Of a stretch of 64,000 nucleotides of DNA, positions 61,782 through 64,000 are shown one piece after another. The position numbers and the translations under genes were made by a program. How positions within the stretch are numbered: position 1 is the stretch's first letter; every line of letters starts with the position of its first letter. This DNA is from Candidatus Eiseniibacteriota bacterium (GTDB taxonomy: Bacteria; Eisenbacteria; RBG-16-71-46; SZUA-252): NCBI GenBank assembly GCA_031370645.1, contig JANMQV010000006.1, positions 11,314-75,313 of the forward strand. The letters are read 5' to 3'. The notes beneath the pieces are model-generated. The model did not search any database. It was not told the DNA's origin and saw nothing but the letters and a program-made list of their open reading frames with translations.

Positions 61782-63635
61782 TTACGTGGGGCTAACCGTC
61801 CCGCGTTCGAGGGGTTGGGCGGCCAGGGCGATGTCGATGACGCCGCGGCGGCGCTCCGCGAGGATGCGGGCCCAGCGGCGCACGGAATCGATGAGCACGA
61901 CGGCGACGAGGAGTAGAAGGACGATGGAGAGGATGCCGTCCACGTAGCCGATCAAGGGCCCTTTGTCCGTAATGTAAGCGGGCGAGAGATAGCGGAACGT
62001 GTTGAGCACGCCGGCGGTCATGGTCGTGACCGTCAAGAAGGCGCACGGCAGAAGCGTCGTGAGGGCGTAGGGCGCCGGTCGCGTGCGAAGGATGAACGTG
62101 GTCCCCACCGCGAGCGCGATGACACCGAGCAACTGATTCGCGACGCCAAAGAGCGGCCAGATGCTGTCGACCGTTCCCGTCATGAGAAGGAATCCCCACG
62201 CGAAGCAGACGACCACGCCAACGAATCCGACGCTCCACATGTTCGTCGTTGAACCAAGCGGCGCCCAGACGCGGCCCAAGACGTCCTGGAAGAGATAGCG
62301 CGCCACGCGCGTCCCCGTGTCGAGCGCCGTCAGAATGAAGACCGCCTCGAACATGATGGCGAAGTGGTACCAGTAGGCCATCATGCCGCTCATCCCCGGA
62401 ATCTGCCGAAGGATGTTCGCCATGCCGACGGCGAGCGAGACGGCCCCGCCCGTCCGTCCTTGAAGGGATTCCTCCCCCACCAGGCGCGTCAGTTCCCCTA
62501 GCTGAGCCGGTTGAATCCCCATCGCCGCGACGACCTTCGGCACGCCGTTGATCAGGTAGTAATCCGCCGGCATCAGCGTCGTCGCCGCGACCAAGGCCAT
62601 AATCGCGACCACGCCCTCGGTCAGCATGGCGCCGTAGCCGATGAAGCGGATGCTCCCTTCGTCCGGGATCATTCGCGGCGTTGTGCCGGAACCGATGAGA
62701 GCATGGAAGCCGCTAATCGCCCCGCAGGCGATGACAATGAAACAGAACGGAAAGACCTTCATCCCCGGAAGCACCGGTCCCGATCCGTCGATGAAGCTCG
62801 TGACGGCCGGCATTCGAATCGTCGGGTGGACGATGGCGACGCCGACGACCAAGAGTGCGATCGTGCCGATCTTCATGTAGGTCGAGAGGTAGTCGCGCGG
62901 GCAGAGGAGGAGCCAGACGGGGAGCGTTGCGGCGATCAGCCCATAGATGGGGAGGATCCACTGGAGCGCCAAGGGCGAAAGGCGGAACCAGGCCGCGTAG
63001 GGCGATGCCATGAGCCAGGGCCCGAGCAGCACGGCGGCGAGGATCAGCGCCACGCCGATCAGGCTCCCTTCGACGACTCGCCCCGGGCGAATGCGGTACA
63101 TGTAGAGCCCGAAGAGGAGTGCCGCGGGAATGGTCATCGCCACCGTGAAGGTTCCCCACGGCGACTGGGCGAGCGCGTTCACGACGATGATCCCGAGACC
63201 CGCGAGGAGCAGAATGATGATGAAGAGAATGGCGGCGGTCGAAGCCGCGTGCGCCACCGGCCCGATTTCGCGGCGCGCCATCTCGGAGAGCGACGCGGCA
63301 CCATGGCGAACCGACGCGAAGAGGATGATGAAGTCGTGCACCGCGCCGCCGAGTGCCGCCCCGATCAAGATCCAGAGCGCGCCCGGCAGATAGCCGAACT
63401 GCGCCGCCAGAACCGGCCCGATGAGAGGCCCCGCCGCAGAGATCGCGGCGAAGTGATGCCCGAAGAGAACGAAGCGGTTGGTTTTGACGTAATCGCGCCC
63501 GTCGGCGCGCGTGACCGAGGGGGGAAGCCGTCCGGAGTCGACCCGCGCTACCTTGGAGGCGAGAAACGCGCCGTAGTAGCGATAGGCGAACGAGAAAAAG
63601 ACGATGGCGGCGAGCGGCAGGACGAGGGAGTTCAC
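61782..63635 (-). CDS. cstA: Carbon starvation protein A family peptide/pyruvate transporter
   Basis: DGRDYV, FGHHFAAISAAGPLIGPVLA, LLCPRDYLS, IACGAISGFH and IWPLFGVANQLL. Confidence 0.95.
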   Translation of the reverse strand: MNSLVLPLAAIVFFSFAYRYYGAFLASKVARVDSGRLPPSVTRADGRDYVKTNRFVLFGHHFAAISAAGPLIGPVLAAQFGYLPGALWILIGAALGGAVHDFIILFASVRHGAASLSEMARREIGPVAHAASTAAILFIIILLLAGLGIIVVNALAQSPWGTFTVAMTIPAALLFGLYMYRIRPGRVVEGSLIGVALILAAVLLGPWLMASPYAAWFRLSPLALQWILPIYGLIAATLPVWLLLCPRDYLSTYMKIGTIALLVVGVAIVHPTIRMPAVTSFIDGSGPVLPGMKVFPFCFIVIACGAISGFHALIGSGTTPRMIPDEGSIRFIGYGAMLTEGVVAIMALVAATTLMPADYYLINGVPKVVAAMGIQPAQLGELTRLVGEESLQGRTGGAVSLAVGMANILRQIPGMSGMMAYWYHFAIMFEAVFILTALDTGTRVARYLFQDVLGRVWAPLGSTTNMWSVGFVGVVVCFAWGFLLMTGTVDSIWPLFGVANQLLGVIALAVGTTFILRTRPAPYALTTLLPCAFLTVTTMTAGVLNTFRYLSPAYITDKGPLIGYVDGILSIVLLLLVAVVLIDSVRRWARILAERRRGVIDIALAAQPLERGTVSPT

Positions 63636-63660
63636 GCTCGACTCGTTCCCCGAGGTGAGG

Positions 63661-64000
63661 TTACTTGCCGCCCGGCCTGGCGGCCGTCGGCCGTGCCGCG
63701 GCGGTCGGCTTCTCCTTGTGGGGCGAGACCTTAATGATCACGATGCCCCACGCTTGGCTCCGATGATAGACGGTTCCGAGGACGTCAACCTTTTGGTGGA
63801 TGTAGGCCATGAGAGGGTCGTTCGGATTTCGCCCCGGCAGCTCGCCCGCGACGAAGTAGATTCGGTCGATGGCTCGATCGTAGATGGCGAGCGTCTGCCC
63901 CGATTTCGCGCAGTCAATGGCGCACTGAAAGTGCCCCTTCCCGACCGACTTCGACCCCGCCTCGAGGAAGCAGGCCGGGTCCATCACCTCGCCGACGATC
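63661..64000 (-). CDS. Conserved hypothetical protein, 5' end outside the window
   Basis: GEVMDPACF...H..CAIDCAKSG motif; frame open to the window edge. Confidence 0.6.
   Translation of the reverse strand, partial: IVGEVMDPACFLEAGSKSVGKGHFQCAIDCAKSGQTLAIYDRAIDRIYFVAGELPGRNPNDPLMAYIHQKVDVLGTVYHRSQAWGIVIIKVSPHKEKPTAAARPTAARPGGK

Overview
High-GC bacterial chromosomal window with about 44 tightly packed genes. I found no mobile element, CRISPR array, rRNA or tRNA. PorU/PorV, C-terminal sorting domains and an FCB-type GlmU-like protein point to an FCB-group lineage outside Bacteroidota, such as Ca. Eisenbacteria or Latescibacterota (inference). Positions 1-37439 form one minus-strand run with many overlapping stop/start codons: dnaE, accA, a Trm112-like gene, then a type IX secretion (T9SS)-related block, ligA, a PIG-L deacetylase, a PLP decarboxylase, dinG, hutH-hutU-hutI-ftcD, a TPR protein, a PHP phosphatase and an ECF S component. 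The T9SS-related block holds porU, porV, an M6 metalloprotease with a sorting domain, two paralogous unknown membrane proteins, an NHL propeller, a ~1090-aa SprA-related barrel and an Omp85 protein. The right half has pyrE, PBP1B, an orphan zinc-finger anti-sigma-like protein, a methyltransferase, a ferredoxin and nadA divergent from a 2-oxoacid:ferredoxin oxidoreductase, a rhomboid, a GlmU-like protein, a cN-II nucleotidase, a class III aminotransferase with a DMT transporter, a ~900-aa GreA fusion, SOD, a lipoprotein behind a sigma54/IHF-type promoter, an alkyltransferase-like protein, a 19-heme cytochrome c with a cytochrome b, and cstA. The best candidate for an undescribed system is the T9SS-linked outer-membrane module. 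Also notable are several sigma70-type promoters placed for leaderless mRNAs, a likely CTG-initiated gene, and two genes missing from the ORF track. All product calls come from motif recognition by eye; no database searches were run.
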